Shown here: one piece after another, positions 1 to 13,181 of the stretch
Layout: each line of letters begins with the position of its first letter
How positions within the stretch are numbered: position 1 is the first letter of the stretch
Assembly (NCBI GenBank): GCA_030390025.1
Contig: CM059431.1
Location: 155,746,001-155,810,000 of the forward strand
Direction of reading: 5' to 3'
Source: Squalus acanthias
Taxonomy: Eukaryota
Length of the DNA: 64,000 bases
Made by a program: the position numbers and the translations under genes
The notes under the pieces: generated by a model
Seen by the model: the letters and a program-made list of their open reading frames with translations, nothing else
Database searches by the model: none
Told to the model about the DNA's origin: nothing

Positions 1-1912
1 GATGCTCAGGGTCACTCTTACGGACTGAACGGAGGTGTTCAAAAAAGCGATCACCCAATCTGCGTTTGGTCTCCCCAATGTAGAGGAGAGCACATTGTGA
101 GCAGCGAATACAGTATACTAGATTGCAAGAAGTACAAGTAAATCGCTGTTTCACCTGGAAGGGGTGTTTGGGGCCCTGGAGAGTGGGAAGGGAGGATGAA
201 TAAGGGCAGGTGTTGCATTTCCTGCGCTTGCCCGGGAAGGGGCCGGGTGAAGGGGAAGGGGTACTGGGGGTGATTGAGGAGTGGACTAGGGTGTCTCGGA
301 GGGAGCGGTCCCAACGGAATGCTGAAAGGGGAGGTGAGGGGAAGATACATTTGGTGGTTGAATCACGTTGGAGGTGGCGAAAATGGCGGAGGATGATCCG
401 TTGAATGTGGAGGCTGGTGGGGTGAAAGGTGAGGACAAGGGGAACTCTATCGTGGTTCCAGGAGGGAGGGGTCGGGGTGAGGGCAGAAGTGCGGGAGATG
501 GAACGGACCACGGTAGAGGGGAATCCTCGGTTGATGAAAAAGGAAGACATGTCGGAAGCACTGGTATGGAAGGTGGCATCGTCGGAGCAGATGCGGCTGA
601 GATGGAGAAACTGGGAGAAGGGAATAGAGTCCTTACAGGAGGCGGGGTGGGAGGAAGTGTAGTCCAGGTAGCTGTGGGAGTTATTGGGCTTGTAGTGAAT
701 GCTGGTCAATAAGCTATCCCCAGAGATAGAGACGGAGAAGTCGAGGAAGGGGAGGGAAGAGTCGGATATGGACCATGTGAAGGTGAGGGAAGGGTGGAAA
801 TTGGAGGCAATGTGAATGAAATTGTCTAGTTCGGGGCGAGAGCAGGAAACGGCACCGATACAGTCGTCAATGTACCGGAAAAAGAGGTGAGTGAGGGGAC
901 CCGAGTAGGACTGGAACAAAGAGTGATCCACATATCCCACGAAGAGGCAGGCATAGCTAGGACCCATGCGGCTACCCATAGCAACACCTTTGAACTGGAG
1001 TTAATGGGTGGAGTCAAAGGAGAAGTTGTTCAATGTGAGAACAAGTTCAGCCAGGCGGAGGAGGGTGGCGGTGGATGGGGACTGGTTGTGCCTCTGTTCA
1101 AGGAAGAAGCGGAGCGCCCTCAGGCCATCCTGGTGGGGGATGGAGGTCTAGAGGGATTGTACGTCCATGGTGAAAAGGAGGCGGTTGGGGCCAGGAAACT
1201 GAAAACTGTTAAAGTGGCGGAGGGCGTCAGAGGAATCACGGATGTAGGTGGGAAGGGACTGGAGAAGGGGAGAGAAAATAGTGTTGAGAAAGGAAGAGAT
1301 AAGTTCCGTGGGGCAAGAGCAGGCTGAAACGATGGGTCTACCAGGGCAGTCCTGTTTGTGGATCTTGGGAAGGAGGTAGAAGCGGGCTGTGCGGGGTTGG
1401 GGAACTATGAGGTTGGCGGCCGTGGGGGGACGATCTCCAGAGGAGATGAGGTCAGTGCCAGTCTTGGACACGGAGGCTTGATGTTCGGTAGTGGGGTCAT
1501 GGTCCAGGTGGAGGTAGGAGGAGGTGTCGGAGAGTTGGCGTTCAACTTCAACAAGGTAGAAGTCGTTTCGCCAAACAACAACAGCAGCACACTTGTCAGC
1601 AGGTTTAATGACAATGTCGGGGTTGGATCGGAGAGAATGGAGTGCTGCAAGTTCAGAGGGAGGTAGGTTGGAGTGAGTGAGGGGTGCAGAGAAATTGAGA
1701 TGGCCGATGTGACGGCGGCAGTTAGCAATGACAAGATCTAGAGAGGTTAAGAGGCCAAAGGGAGGGGTCCAGGTGGAACGGGAATTCTGAAAGCGGGAGA
1801 AAGGGTCAGCCGTGCGGGGGGAAGACTCCTGGCCAGAGAAGTGGGCACGGAGACGGAGGTGGCGGAAAAAGACCTCAGCATCGTGCCGAACTCGAAATTC
1901 ATTGAGGTGGGG
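1..1912 (-). mobile_element. Penelope-like retroelement body (RT plus GIY-YIG endonuclease), degraded, runs off the window start
   Basis: Minus ORF 1148-1939 has PLE RT motifs DIVIKPADK, PRTARFYLLPKIHK..PGRPIVS and LFTMDVQSL. The minus strand at about 1-125 reads NLVYCIRCSQCALLYIGETKRRLGDRFFEHLRSVRK (GIY-YIG). Confidence 0.9.
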
Positions 1913-2522
1913 GCTAACTGCCGCCGTGACATCGGCCATCTCCGTTCAGTCCGTAAGGGTCACCCCGAGCTTCCGATCGCTTGTCATTTTAATTCACCCC
2001 TCCACGCCCACTCAGACCTCACCGTCCTCGGCCTCGTGCATTGTTCCACGGAAGCTCAGCGTAAGCTTGAGGAACAGCACCTCATCTTTCGTTTCGGCAC
2101 TTAAAGCCTTCCGGACTCAATATCGTGTTCAACTGTTCCAGATCATAACCCCGGCCCCTCCCACATATATATACATTTTATCCACCCCTTTTGGTCCGTG
2201 CCTTTTCCTTTTTTTTTTCTCTCTCTCCCCCTACGGCAGCTGTCACATTCTGCCAGCTTTTCACACCTCAGCTTTTGTTTCTTAACCTGACCCATTACCA
2301 TCTCGTCTTGCCTTGAGCATCTCTTAATGTCTCTACTTACCATAGGCCAACACTTTTGTTCTTTTATTCCTCCCCCCACCCTACCCCTTGCATTTTTATC
2401 TGTTTAATGTCTTGCTTTTCTCTCAGTTCCGACGAAGGGTTTCGACCTGAAACGTTAACTCTGTTTCTCTCTCCACGGATGTTGCCTGGCCTGCTGAGTT
2501 TTTCCAGCCCTTTCTGTTGGTA
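1913..2522 (+). mobile_element. Inverted Penelope pseudo-LTR (GIY-YIG C-terminus plus 3' UTR) attached to the 5' end of the element
   Basis: The plus strand from about 1937 encodes HLRSVRKGHPELPIACHFNS..EAQRKLEEQHLIFRFGT. 1937-1973 is an imperfect reverse complement of 1-37. The UTR contains a hammerhead motif. Confidence 0.85.
2425..2460 (+). ncRNA. Minimal type I hammerhead ribozyme, core mutated (CCGACGA instead of CUGAnGA)
   Basis: agtt-CCGACGA-agggt-ttcg-acct-GAAA-cg-tt-aact. Stem I is agtt/aact, with a palindromic ACGT in place of stem III. Confidence 0.7.
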
Positions 2523-4745
2523 TTCCTGTCTATTCAAATCCCATTTTCCAGCTCCTGGTCCGTAGCCTTGTATGCTATGGCGTTTCAAGTGCTCATCTAA
2601 ATGCGTCTTGAATGTTGTGAGGGTTCCTGCCTCTACCACCCTTTCAGGCAGTGAGTTCCACATTCCAACCACACTCTGGGTGAAAAAGTTTTTCCTCAAA
2701 TCCCCTCTAAACCTCCTGCCCCTTACCTTGAAACTATGCCCCCTGGTTATTGATCCCTCTACTAAGGGGAAACGTTCATTCTATATACCCTATCAATGCC
2801 CCTCATAATCTTGTACACCTCAATCAGGTCCCGCCTGAACCTTCTCGGCTCTAAGGAAAACAACACCAGTCTGTCCAGTCTCTCTTCATAGCTGAAGCAC
2901 TCCAGTCCACGTGACATCCTGGTGAATCTCCTCTGCATCCTCTCCAAAGCAATCCCACCCCTCCTATAGTGTGGCGACCAGAACTGCACGAGGTATTCCA
3001 GCTGTGGCCGAACTACCGTTTTGTACATCTTTCATAACCTCCCTGCTCTTATACTCTATGCCTCGGCTAATGAAGGCAAGTATCCCATATGCATTTTTAA
3101 CCACATTATCTACCTGTCCTACTGCCTTCAGGGATCCATGTACATGCACACCAAGGTCCCTCTGATCTTCTGTGCTTCCTACGGTCCTACCATTCATTGT
3201 TTATTCCCTGGCCTTATTACTCGTCCCAAAATGCTTCACCTCACATTTTTCAGGATAAAATTTCATTTGCCACTGTTCTGCCCATCTAACCATTCCATTT
3301 ATATCGTCCTGTAGCCTGAGGGCTCCCTCCTCGATATTTACCACAACAACAATTTTCGTGTCAGCTGCGAACTTACTGATCATACCTCCTAGGTTCATAT
3401 CTAAATCATTAATGTACACTACAAACAGCAAAGGACCCAGCACCAATCCCTGCGGTACACCACTGAAAACAGGCTTACAGTCACAAAAACAACGTTCGAC
3501 CATCACACTTTGCCTCCTGCCACTAAGCCAATTTTGGATCCAATTTGCCAAATTTCCCTGGATCCCATGGGCTCTTACCTTCTTGACCAGTCTCCCATGT
3601 GGGACTTTGTAAAAAGCCTTACTGAAGTCCCTATAGACTACCTCAAATGCACTACCATCATCCAAACACCTAGTCACATCCTCGAAAAAATGCAATCAAG
3701 TTGGTCAGACATGATCTCCCCATGACAAAGCCAAGCTGACAATTCCTGATTAATCCGTGCCTCTCCAGGTGGAGACTGATTCTGTCCCTCAGAATTTTTT
3801 CCAATAAATTCCCTACCACTGATGTGAGGCTCACTGGCCTGCAATTCCCTGGATTATCCGTACTACCCATCTTGAATAATGTCACTACGTTAGTTGTGCT
3901 CCAGTGCTCTGGCACCACCACTGTGGCCAGAGAGGTTCTGGAAATTTGTGGCAGATTCCCTGCAATCTCCTCCCTTGCCTCACACAGCAGCCTGGGATAC
4001 AGCCCGTCAGGGCCTGGGAATTTATCCACTTTTATCCCAGCTAAAATCGTCAGTATCTCCTCCCTGTCAATACTAATTTGCTCAAGTGTATCACAATCCC
4101 CCTGCCTGATTTCTATACCTACATCGTCGTTCTCCATAGTGAACACAGATGCAAATTATTCATTTAAAACCTTACCCACATCTTCCGGCTATACACACAG
4201 ATTGCTACTTTGGTCCCTAATGGGCCCTGCTCTTTCCCGGTTTACTTCTTGCCCTTAATATACTTATAACACACCGTGGGATTTTCCTTTATTTTGCCCG
4301 CCTGTGTTTTTTCATGCCCCCTCTTCGCTTTCCTAATTTCTGTTTTAAGTACCAGCCAGCACTTTCTATATTCCTCTCGGGCTTCCACTATTTTTAGACC
4401 TTTGTATCTGCCAAAAGCCTCCCTTTTTTTCCTGATCCATTCTTGTATATCCTTGGGTTTGTTGGTCCCACCCTTGACCTTTACGGGAACATGTTGGCAT
4501 TGTACTCTCTCTATTTCATTTCTGAAAGACACCCACTACACTGATGTGCATTGTCCTACAAGTTGCTGATCCCTGTCCACTTTGGCCAGATCCTGCCTTA
4601 TCATATTAAAATCGGCCTTACCCCAATTTAGAAATTTAATTTCCGGTCCATCTTTGTACTTTTCCATGACTACCTTAAATCTCACCGAATTATGGTCACT
4701 GTTACCAAAATGCTCTCCTATTGACACTTCTACCACTTACCCTGG
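2523..4745 (-). mobile_element. CR1-clade LINE fragment (end of APE, RT, 3' region), degraded
   Basis: Minus ORFs contain SDHNSVRF, PGPDGLYPRLL, CRPVSLTSVVG, DFSKAFYKVPH, GVPQGLVLGPLLF, SKFAADTK and VRPQLEYLVQFWSP. Confidence 0.92.
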
Positions 4746-6132
4746 TGGATAGTTAATGCTATATCTATATTTAAGGAGGGAGATAGAACATTTCCTGGGA
4801 AGTATAGAGCAGTCAGCTTAATTCGGCACTAGGAAAAATAATGGAATCCATACTAAAGGTGAGGTGAAAATAGCAAAATATCTTAAAACAAAAAATATAA
4901 TAATGATTAAACAATATGGATTTTAAGATGGAAAGTGTTGCCTGACCAAGCTCAGTGAATTTTTTTAAATAGTTAACAGAGAGAGTGGACAATGGCAATT
5001 CAGTGGATGTAACATGTCTGAATTACTAAAGGACTTCGAAAAGGTATCACTTAATAGAGTAATTAATAAGATCAGACCATGTGGATTCAGGGGTAAGTAG
5101 CTAGCTGGCTGCAAAATGGAAATCACAGAGTACGGGTAAAGAGTAGCTATTCAAAATGGCAGAATACGGGACGTGGTGTCCCACAACCATCAGTACTGCG
5201 GCCACTTTTATTCACAATTTATATTAACGATTTAGACTTTGTTATCTCAAACACTGTTTCAAAATTTGTGGGCGATACCAAATATCGAGGGATAGTCGAC
5301 ACTGAGGAGGACTGCAGAAAATTACAAGACATTAATAAATTGAAAAGAAAGTATAACATTGACAAATGGAATTCAACATAGATATGTGTGACGCATTACA
5401 TTGGGTAAAGAAAAATAATGATGTCTTACACTTTTGGCAAGTAAGAAGCTAAATCAGGAGCAAAGGTATCTGGGAGTACAAATACATAAATCACTAAATG
5501 TTGCGTCACAGGTCCATAAGACCATATCAAAAGCAAAACAAGCACTAGAGTTGTTTTCTAGAGGAATAGAATTGAAAAGTAGAGACTTTATGCAAAACTT
5601 ATATCGAACCTTGTAAAATTCTGATCGCCATATTATAAAAAAACATATAGAGGCAATGGAGACGGTGCAAAAATATTTACGAGGATGATAATATAACTCC
5701 GAGCTTATACTTATTAGTAAATGATGAATGGAGAAGATTGAGGTGTGACCTCATAGATGTCTTTAAAAGTATGAAAGGTTTAATACAATAGACACATGGA
5801 ATGTGTTTCCATTTGTGGGGCAGAGCAAAAAAACTGGAGACTATCAAAATGGTACAGTCATCAAGAAATCAAATAGGGAATTTAGGGGAAACCTCTTTAA
5901 CCAGAGAGTGCTGAGAATGGGCAACGAACAACTACTGTGAGTGGTTGAGACGAATAGTATAGATGCATTTAAGACGAAGCTAGACAAGCCTATAAGGGAG
6001 AACGGAACAGGGTGTTATGTTGATAGCGTAAGATGAGCAAGAATAGTACAAATGGAGCTTAAACGCCGGCATGGACTGGTTGGGCCGAATGGCCTGTTTC
6101 TGTGCTGTGTATTCTATGTAATTATATGTAAT
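4746..6132 (+). mobile_element. Old CR1 LINE 3' fragment
   Basis: Degenerate RT-like sequence (ORF 5434-5616 RYLGVQIHKSL). It ends in a CR1 3' UTR, gggccgaatggcctgtttctgtgctgt, with an attctatgt-type tail. Confidence 0.85.
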
Positions 6133-6161
6133 AATGCTATATAACGATATCGATAAATTAC

Positions 6162-7881
6162 CTGAGTATTTACATCTGTTTAGCAGGGGCCCCAGCTGAT
6201 CGCTGCCTTTATCGTGTACACCACATGTACTGAGATTCAGCTCTTCTATCAGTTCAATGGCCATTAACGATTTTGACAAAACCGCACAGTCATAAGGTTT
6301 AAGAAGACAGTGAGTGAATGTCATTGGCTTTAACGGTGTTAATGCGTCCGTGATCAAATTTGTGTATCCAAATTCAATAAAATAATGTAATACCTTTAAG
6401 AATGTCTTTTGGGTTTGTCCATCTTCCAAGTTCTGAATATATCTCTTGACATTTTCTGCGAGCCAAGCTGACACACACGGGGTTACGTCAGAAGGGAATT
6501 CGCCCAATTTGAACTTAAGCTGATCAGTTGATATCCGTGAGGAAAGACCAACAAGAAAACGCGATATTATCTTAAATCTGTCGTCACTGCACGTGCACCA
6601 TTCATTGAGCAATCGTGTCAGACCATTTCCTCGTGTAATTAGACTTTTCTTAAGTGCAGCGACAAAGTCTTGCATAACGGAATGCGTGAATGTGTAGACA
6701 ACACTACACGGATCTTTGTCTGAAATCTCGATTATAAACTCAGAGATAAAGTTGAAATGTTGGACTCTGTGGCGATTGAATTGGTCCGTTTGAAGCACAA
6801 CGGTTTTGTTGCAAACTCCATTGTAGGCTGACTCGCCCAATTTCAGCAACATGTTGCGAGAGGTTTTCGCGTCACAGCCGCATCTCTGTAAAATGTTTGT
6901 GACGTATGCGGATAACACCAGCATGCTGGTTGTGAAGAACAATGGTCTCTCCCCCGCTCCTTGTATCCGGTGTGACTCTAATAATTGAGCGAGGACTGAG
7001 CAGTAATAAGGAGTATAGCATATGGTGTACAAAGTCTCATTCTGCTCAATGTCCTAGATTGCAGCTGTGGCAAACTGTTCATCTTCAAAATAACAGCGAA
7101 AATACAGTTCTATTTCCTCAGAGGTGAAACCCAAGATTTCCACCGTTTGAAATAATTTTGATTTTACCAGAGTCTCCAGTTTCCATGGTCGGCTTGTGAT
7201 CAGTATTGAGCAGCCTTTGAGCAGCTCTCCCTGTATGAGGCAGCGCACGATGTCTGACACAACGCAGCAGCACTCGGGATCGAAACATTGATTTTTGGGG
7301 ATCGTTGTTTCTCTGAATATCGGTGAAATCAATGGTTTGCTCAAATTGGTCTAAATCATCAAATATAAACAATATTTTTTCGGATTTTTTCCACAAACGT
7401 TCCAACTCAGTTTCAAAATCAGGGTAGGAATCCAGGATCAGGCTATTTAGACATGTTTATCCTTTTATTACGTTCAATTGTCGAACCTTAAAAGGAAAGA
7501 TAACTTCAAACTGTTGGTATATTTTCCCTGCGGCCCATTCACTGATTATCTTCTGTATCATGGTGCTTTTCCCAATCTCCGAGGCCCCAATTACCGCAGT
7601 TGTCCCAGACCTGCCTGTTTTAGCGAAACTCAGCAATTGATCCAGCTGAATCTCTTCCATTTCATTCTCGATGTTTTTCCTCTGTAATCCTTCACGTTCA
7701 CTACCGCGGGCCTTCACTTCTTTTTCTAACAGTCTCCGCTCACGCAGGGAAGCAATAATCGTTACTTTAGTATATTTTTCATCAAGAAAAAATCTTCGAA
7801 ATCTTTCTTTTCCTACAGTGGTGTTAACTGTTATTTTCTCGTTCTGTTTGCGGAGCGTGTCTTTGTGCTGTCGTTCTATCC
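6162..7881 (-). pseudogene. NLR large exon: FISNA-like, NACHT, HD1/WHD/HD2 and first LRR; disrupted
   Basis: Acceptor ttcaag|GG at 7881 and donor AG|GTAATT at 6162. Motifs: Walker A GASEIGKST, Walker B ILFIFDDLDQ, sensor 1 ILITSRP, VEILGF, CYTPYYC, WHD FTHSVMQDFVAA, and LRR IEELNLSTCGV. Lesions: in-frame TAA 7457-7459, frameshift at about 7290-7300, in-frame TAG 7054-7056. Confidence 0.9.
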
Positions 7882-9449
7882 CTTGAATATGAATAACGTC
7901 ATTGGTGTCTTCATTGTAAATCAGGAGACAAATATTTAATAGATCAGTGTTTTAAAGGAGAAACTAATCGTCAAGAAACATGAAAAACATATCTAAAAAT
8001 GTTCTCAGCAATGAGTCATCCCTGAATTATTTTACATTTAAATGGCCAGATAATCATAGAAAAAAAATAATAGAATTGCTGAAGTAGCAGTAAAATATAG
8101 CATGAAGCAAGTTTAAGGATTGTAGGCCGTTTGCTGTTGGATTTTGAGCTTCTGGTAATGAAGATTTCTAAATTTCGATATGAAATGCAAAAGTAAATCT
8201 TGGTAATTGTGCTGGTATTTTCTGTTCTCATGTCAGTTGGGTTATGAACGACTCCTGGTTTCGTCCAGTAACAAACAATGTTGGCGAACCGCGGGTCTGG
8301 GCAGAAAAGGAGTTCCTTCATTATATTCTAACCTCGGGGATTCCATTTGTTTTGATTCCGCTGCTCCATGCTTTAATCTTGGCCAGCGAAGCCCACAGGT
8401 GACTCCAGGGTCAGACCAGTGGGGAGAATCGCAGACACCCAGAGATGGAGAGCCGAAGGAAGTCCATCATTTTACTGCTTGTTATGTTGCGAAATTTCAT
8501 GTTGTTATGGTCAGTCTCTACGGTATATTATATTTGGTGTCGAACGTGTTTTTTTGCGTATCAGTTTGTATTACTACCTAGTTCATTTTACAAGAATTTT
8601 TCTATTTTTTTCTATATATATCTGCACAGATACAAAAGTATTTACATGTATATATACATAAAATACAGATGTAAACATACATTGGTATCAAAATATAAAT
8701 TTACCATATTTTGAAACGCAGTGGAGATTTCTTACTCCCACAAATACCATTAATGTCCACGTTGAAACCGCCGCTCCAAATAGGAAAACGCATTACGTGA
8801 CTACAGCAGGACACAAATGGTATGAAGTCAGGCCTCCCGATATTTAGTTCCATTGGTCAAGGGAAGGCAACATTGGACCGAGCACATAATGGGCGGCAGA
8901 TGTAATACCGCCCGTTTTGCTTCCCCACCAATTCAATTTGCACCCACAAAGTTAAACTAACCAATTTCAGAAAAAGTCACAATCTGTCAGCTTGCCTACA
9001 TGCACTGCCACGTTGATGCAAGAAAAAATTGCTTTTCGATATGTTTACTGAAATATGGCATGCAAATTGTGCGATGGCAATAACGTTTTGTGAAACAAGT
9101 CAAAATAATCCGTATTGACCTCATCCTATTTTATGTCATTGTTTGGTTTTATTTTAATTATAGAGTTGTCCAATATAAGTGTTACGTTGTGAAATTGGCC
9201 ATGGGCGCGGCATGCTAAAAAAAATGTTATTGCATCGATCGCCTGTTACAAGCTCCGTCCAATATTCGGATCAATTGACTTTAATTGAACCGATAACCTG
9301 GCGTGTGTTATAACTATTTCACAAAGATTTCTGCCCTAAAATCCCGTATGAGCTTCGGTGTCAACTTATGTTTGCTAATACTGCTGTGAAGCAACTCGGG
9401 ATGGTTTACTTCGTTAATGGCGCTATTTAAATGCAAGTTGTTGTTGTTG

Positions 9450-9838
9450 CCAGGCGTTTATGGGTATTCAGCGCGTATCAGGATCCTTCTATTTGTGTTC
9501 AATGATTAACAGCGTGTCTAAATTATTCCATTTTCAGAGAGTATCAGGAGCCGGCCAGGTGTGTATGGGGTTTCTCAGTGTATCGGGATCCTGCCAGGGT
9601 GTGCATGGGTTTTCACAGTGTATCTGGATCCTCTCAAGTGTGTATGCGTTTTCTCAGTGTATCGGGATCCTGCCAGATGTGTATTGGGATTCACAGTGTA
9701 TCAGGTTCCTGTTAGGTGTGTATGGGTTTTCACAGTGTATCTGGAACCTGCCAGGTGTGTTTGGGTTTTCACAGTGTGTGAGGTTCCTGACAGGTGTTAA
9801 TGGGGTTTCAAAGTACATCAGGATCCTGCAAGTTATGT
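9450..9838. repeat. Degenerate minisatellite, unit about 37-38 bp
   Basis: Repeated gtgtatgggttt(t)cacagtgtatcaggatcctgccaggt-like units. Confidence 0.85.
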
Positions 9839-9842
9839 CATT

Positions 9843-10224
9843 GAGTCATAAAGTCATAGAGTCATAACGGCAGAGAAGGAGGCCATTTGGTCCATCGAAT
9901 GCGTGCCGGCTCACTGTAGAGTGATCCAGTCAGTCCCATTACGCCGCTCTATCCCGGTAGCCCTACAAGTTTATTCCCCTCAAGTGCCTATCCAGTCTCC
10001 CCTTGAAAACTTTGAGTTTTTCCGCTTCAAGCACTTCGGTCGGGAGCGAGTTCCAGGTCCTCACCACTCTTTGCATAAAAAAGTGTTTCCTCACATCCCA
10101 CCTGCATCTCTTGCCCGAAACATTAAATCTGTGTCCCCTAGTCCTTGTACCATCAACTAGTTGGGCCAGCATTTCCCCTTCTAGCCTATCCAACCCGTCA
10201 TAATCGTGTACACCTCTATCAAAG
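9843..10224 (-). mobile_element. CR1 3' end fragment inserted in the minisatellite
   Basis: Tail repeats gtcata(a/g)a. Minus ORF 9963-10250 reads TRTRGHRFNV..FFMQRVVRTWNSLP. Confidence 0.85.
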
Positions 10225-10830
10225 ATATATGCAGGTTCACTGTTTATCATGATATGCCAGTTGCGTGTGGGCTTTCACAGCGTATCAGGCTCCTGTCAGG
10301 AATGTGTGGGGTATCACATTTTGTCGGTGTTATGTCAAGTAGTTATGCTTTTGACAGTGTATCAGAATCCTGCCAGGTGTGTATAAGTATTCGCAGTTTA
10401 TCAGGATTCTGCTATGCATGTTCATGAATTCACAACGTATAAGGATCCTACCAGGTGGGTTTGGGGTTTTAGATTATAACGAGAGTCTGCGAAATATATA
10501 TGGGGTTTATATTTTATCATGTTTCCGCCACATGTATAAGGGTTTATCCAGCATTTCTTGAATCCTGCTAGATGTGTTTTAGTTCCAAATGTACAGGTAT
10601 CGTGGCAGGTGTGTACAGGTTTTCACAGTGTAACAGGATCCTTCCACGTTTGTATGGGTTTACACAGTTTAATAGGATCCTAACCCAAGTGTATGGGGTT
10701 TCAAAGTATTTCAGGCTCCTGCAAGGTAGGCATGCGGTTTCATAATATATCACAATCCTGCCTGATGTCTATTGGGATTCACAATGTATTGTTTCCTGCA
10801 AGGTTTGTATTATTGTTCAAAGTATATTGT
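10225..10830. repeat. Continuation of the ~37 bp minisatellite
   Basis: Same gtgtatggg..cacagtgtatcaggatcctgccag unit. Confidence 0.8.
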
Positions 10831-11972
10831 CAAGGCCTCCATAATCAGCACCTGTGAAGAGACGCTCAGTCACTCGATCAGGAACCACCAAGACTGGTCC
10901 GATGAGTACAACCAGGAGTTCCAGGAGCTAATAAGCCACATGCGCAAGGCATTCCTGATCTGGAAACAGCAACAGAACTCGAGAGCAACACAGCAGCTCT
11001 ACAGACGCCTGAAGGCCGAAGTCCAACAATAAACTCGCGACCTAAAGAACAGATGGTAGGTGGAGAATATGCAGGACATCCAGCAGCTATCCGACAAACA
11101 CGACGTGCGTGGATTATTTAGCGCAGTCAAGATCATCTATGGCCCAAGCACACAAGGCCCTACCCCACTGCAATGCAAGAACGGAGAGATACTCATCAAG
11201 GACAGAGCGGCAGTCAGTGCCTGCTGGAATGATCGCTTCGATGTTCTTCTTAACGGCTACTCTGTCTTCGACGCGAGTGTCCTCAAATCCATCCGGCAGC
11301 ATGCTTCCCGCCACCATCTCAGCACAATCCCAGCCCGGCATGAGGTTGAAAAGGCCATCCGGCAACTGAAGAACAACAAGGCCTCAGGAGCAGATGGAAT
11401 CCCCGCCGAGGCACTAAGGTATGGCGGAGAAGCACTACTGTCGCTAATTCAGGAACTCATTTCTCTTATCTGGAAGGAGGTGAGCATGCCAGAGGATCTC
11501 AGAGATGCCTTAATTGTGACCATCTTAAAGATTGCGGTAATTACAGAAGAGTTTACCCGCTGTCTGCCACAGGGAAAGTCATCGCAAGAATCCTCCTCAA
11601 TTTCTTTCTCACAGTGGCCGAAGAGCTCATCCCAGAGTCGCAATCCTGATTCCACTCACTAAGGGGCACAATGGACATGATCTTCATCGCACGTCAATTA
11701 CAAGAGAAACGCAGGGACCAGCACCAACCGCTGTACATGGCCTTCTCTGACGTCACAAAGGCCTTGGACACTGTCAACCATGAGGGATTATGGAGTGTCC
11801 TGCTCAAATTCGGCTGCCCTGAAAAGTTTGTCACCATCCTCCGCCTGCTTCACTACGACATGCAAGCCCTGATCCTAAACAACGGTTCCACCACAATCCA
11901 ATTCACGTAAGAACTGGGGTCAAGCAAGGCTGTGTCATCGCACCAACGCTATTCTCGATCTTTCTTGCAGCA

Positions 11973-13181
11973 TGATGCGGAGATGCCGGTGTTGGACTGG
12001 GGTGGACAAAAATGAGATGTCGCACAACACCAGGTTATAGTCCAACAGTTTTATTTAAAATTACTTGCTTTCGGAGCTGTTGCCCTCGTAAGAATGGGAT
12101 ATGACGCTCGACTCGTCGATCGACAGTTCCGACGGGCCACAGCGAAAAACCGCATAGACCTCCTCAGAAGGGGAACACGGGACACAAACCAACAGAGTAC
12201 CCTACGTCGTCCAGTACTTCCCCGGAGAGGAGTAACTACGCCATGTTCTTGGCAGCCTTCAACATTTCATCGATGACGACGAACACCTTGCTAAGGCCAT
12301 CCCCATGCCTCCACTACTCACCTTCAATCAGCCTTCTAACCTCAAAAGTACCATAGTTCGCAGCAATTTCCCCAGCTGTCAGGAGAACAGCGACCACGAC
12401 ACCACACAACCCTGCCACGGCAAACTCTGCAAGACATGCCAGATCATGAACACAGATACCATCATCACACGTGAGGACACTACCCACCAGGTACATGGTA
12501 CATACTCAAGTGACTCGGCCAACGTTCTGTACCTGATACGTTGCAGGAAAGGATGCCCAGGAGCATGGTACATCGGCGAGACCATGCAGATACTGAGACA
12601 ACGTATGAACGGACACCGTGCAACAATCGCCAGGGAGGATTGTTACCTCCCAGTCGGGGAACACTTCAGCAGTCAAGGACATTCAGCCTCGGATCTGTGG
12701 GGTAGCATTCTTCAAGGCGGCCTTCGAGACACACGACAACGCAAAATCATCGAGCAGAAACTGATAGCCAGCTTACGCACCCATGAGGACGGCCTCAATA
12801 GGGATCTCGGGTTCATGTCACGCTACAGAACGTGACTCGACATCGTTGTATGTCTTTCCAGTTTTTAAATAAAAATAAAACACAAAAAACAAATCCAAAA
12901 AAACAACCCAAAAAAGAAAACTCAACTGCCGATGGCAGGATTTGACATTTTGGACCCCCTGTGACCCGCCCCATTGTCTTGGCTGTGCTCTGGTGTGTCT
13001 TTGATGTAATGCCTCCCAGAAATATTGTATCTCTGCAGACAAATTGCTTTCTGTGTTTATATACTGTATAATAGATTCCCTCATTATAATTTTACCTGAT
13101 GAAGAGGCAACAGCTCCGAAAGCTCGTAATTTTAAATAAAACTGTTGGACTATAACCTGGTGTTGTGCGACTTCTCATTTA
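11973..13181 (+). mobile_element. Second Penelope-like family: truncated copy with GIY-YIG and an inverted terminal pLTR fragment
   Basis: ORF 12305-12835 reads CHGKLCKTC..NVLYLIRCRKGC..WYIGET..RQRMNGH..PVGEHF..GLNRD. 12010-12087 is the reverse complement of about 13103-13180. Imperfect TSD tttcttgcagca (11961-11972) / tttcttcctgca (13182-13193). Confidence 0.9.
13092..13129 (+). ncRNA. Minimal type I hammerhead ribozyme in the Penelope pLTR
   Basis: ttac-CTGATGA-agaggcaacagctcc-GAAA-gc-tc-gtaa. Stem I is ttac/gtaa, with a palindromic AGCT; stem II is imperfect. Confidence 0.8.

Noticed and set aside
8790..9440. CpG-containing stretch resembling an ancient DNA transposon
   Set aside because: I could not define TIRs or a TSD by eye.
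9450..10830. Regularly spaced ~37 bp repeats as a CRISPR array
   Set aside because: Units are contiguous and degenerate with no unique spacers or cas genes, in a vertebrate context. This is a minisatellite, as is 61450-62860.
12305..12835. GIY-YIG ORF as a homing endonuclease or intron
   Set aside because: The CxxC-linked GIY-YIG with a hammerhead pLTR is standard Penelope structure.
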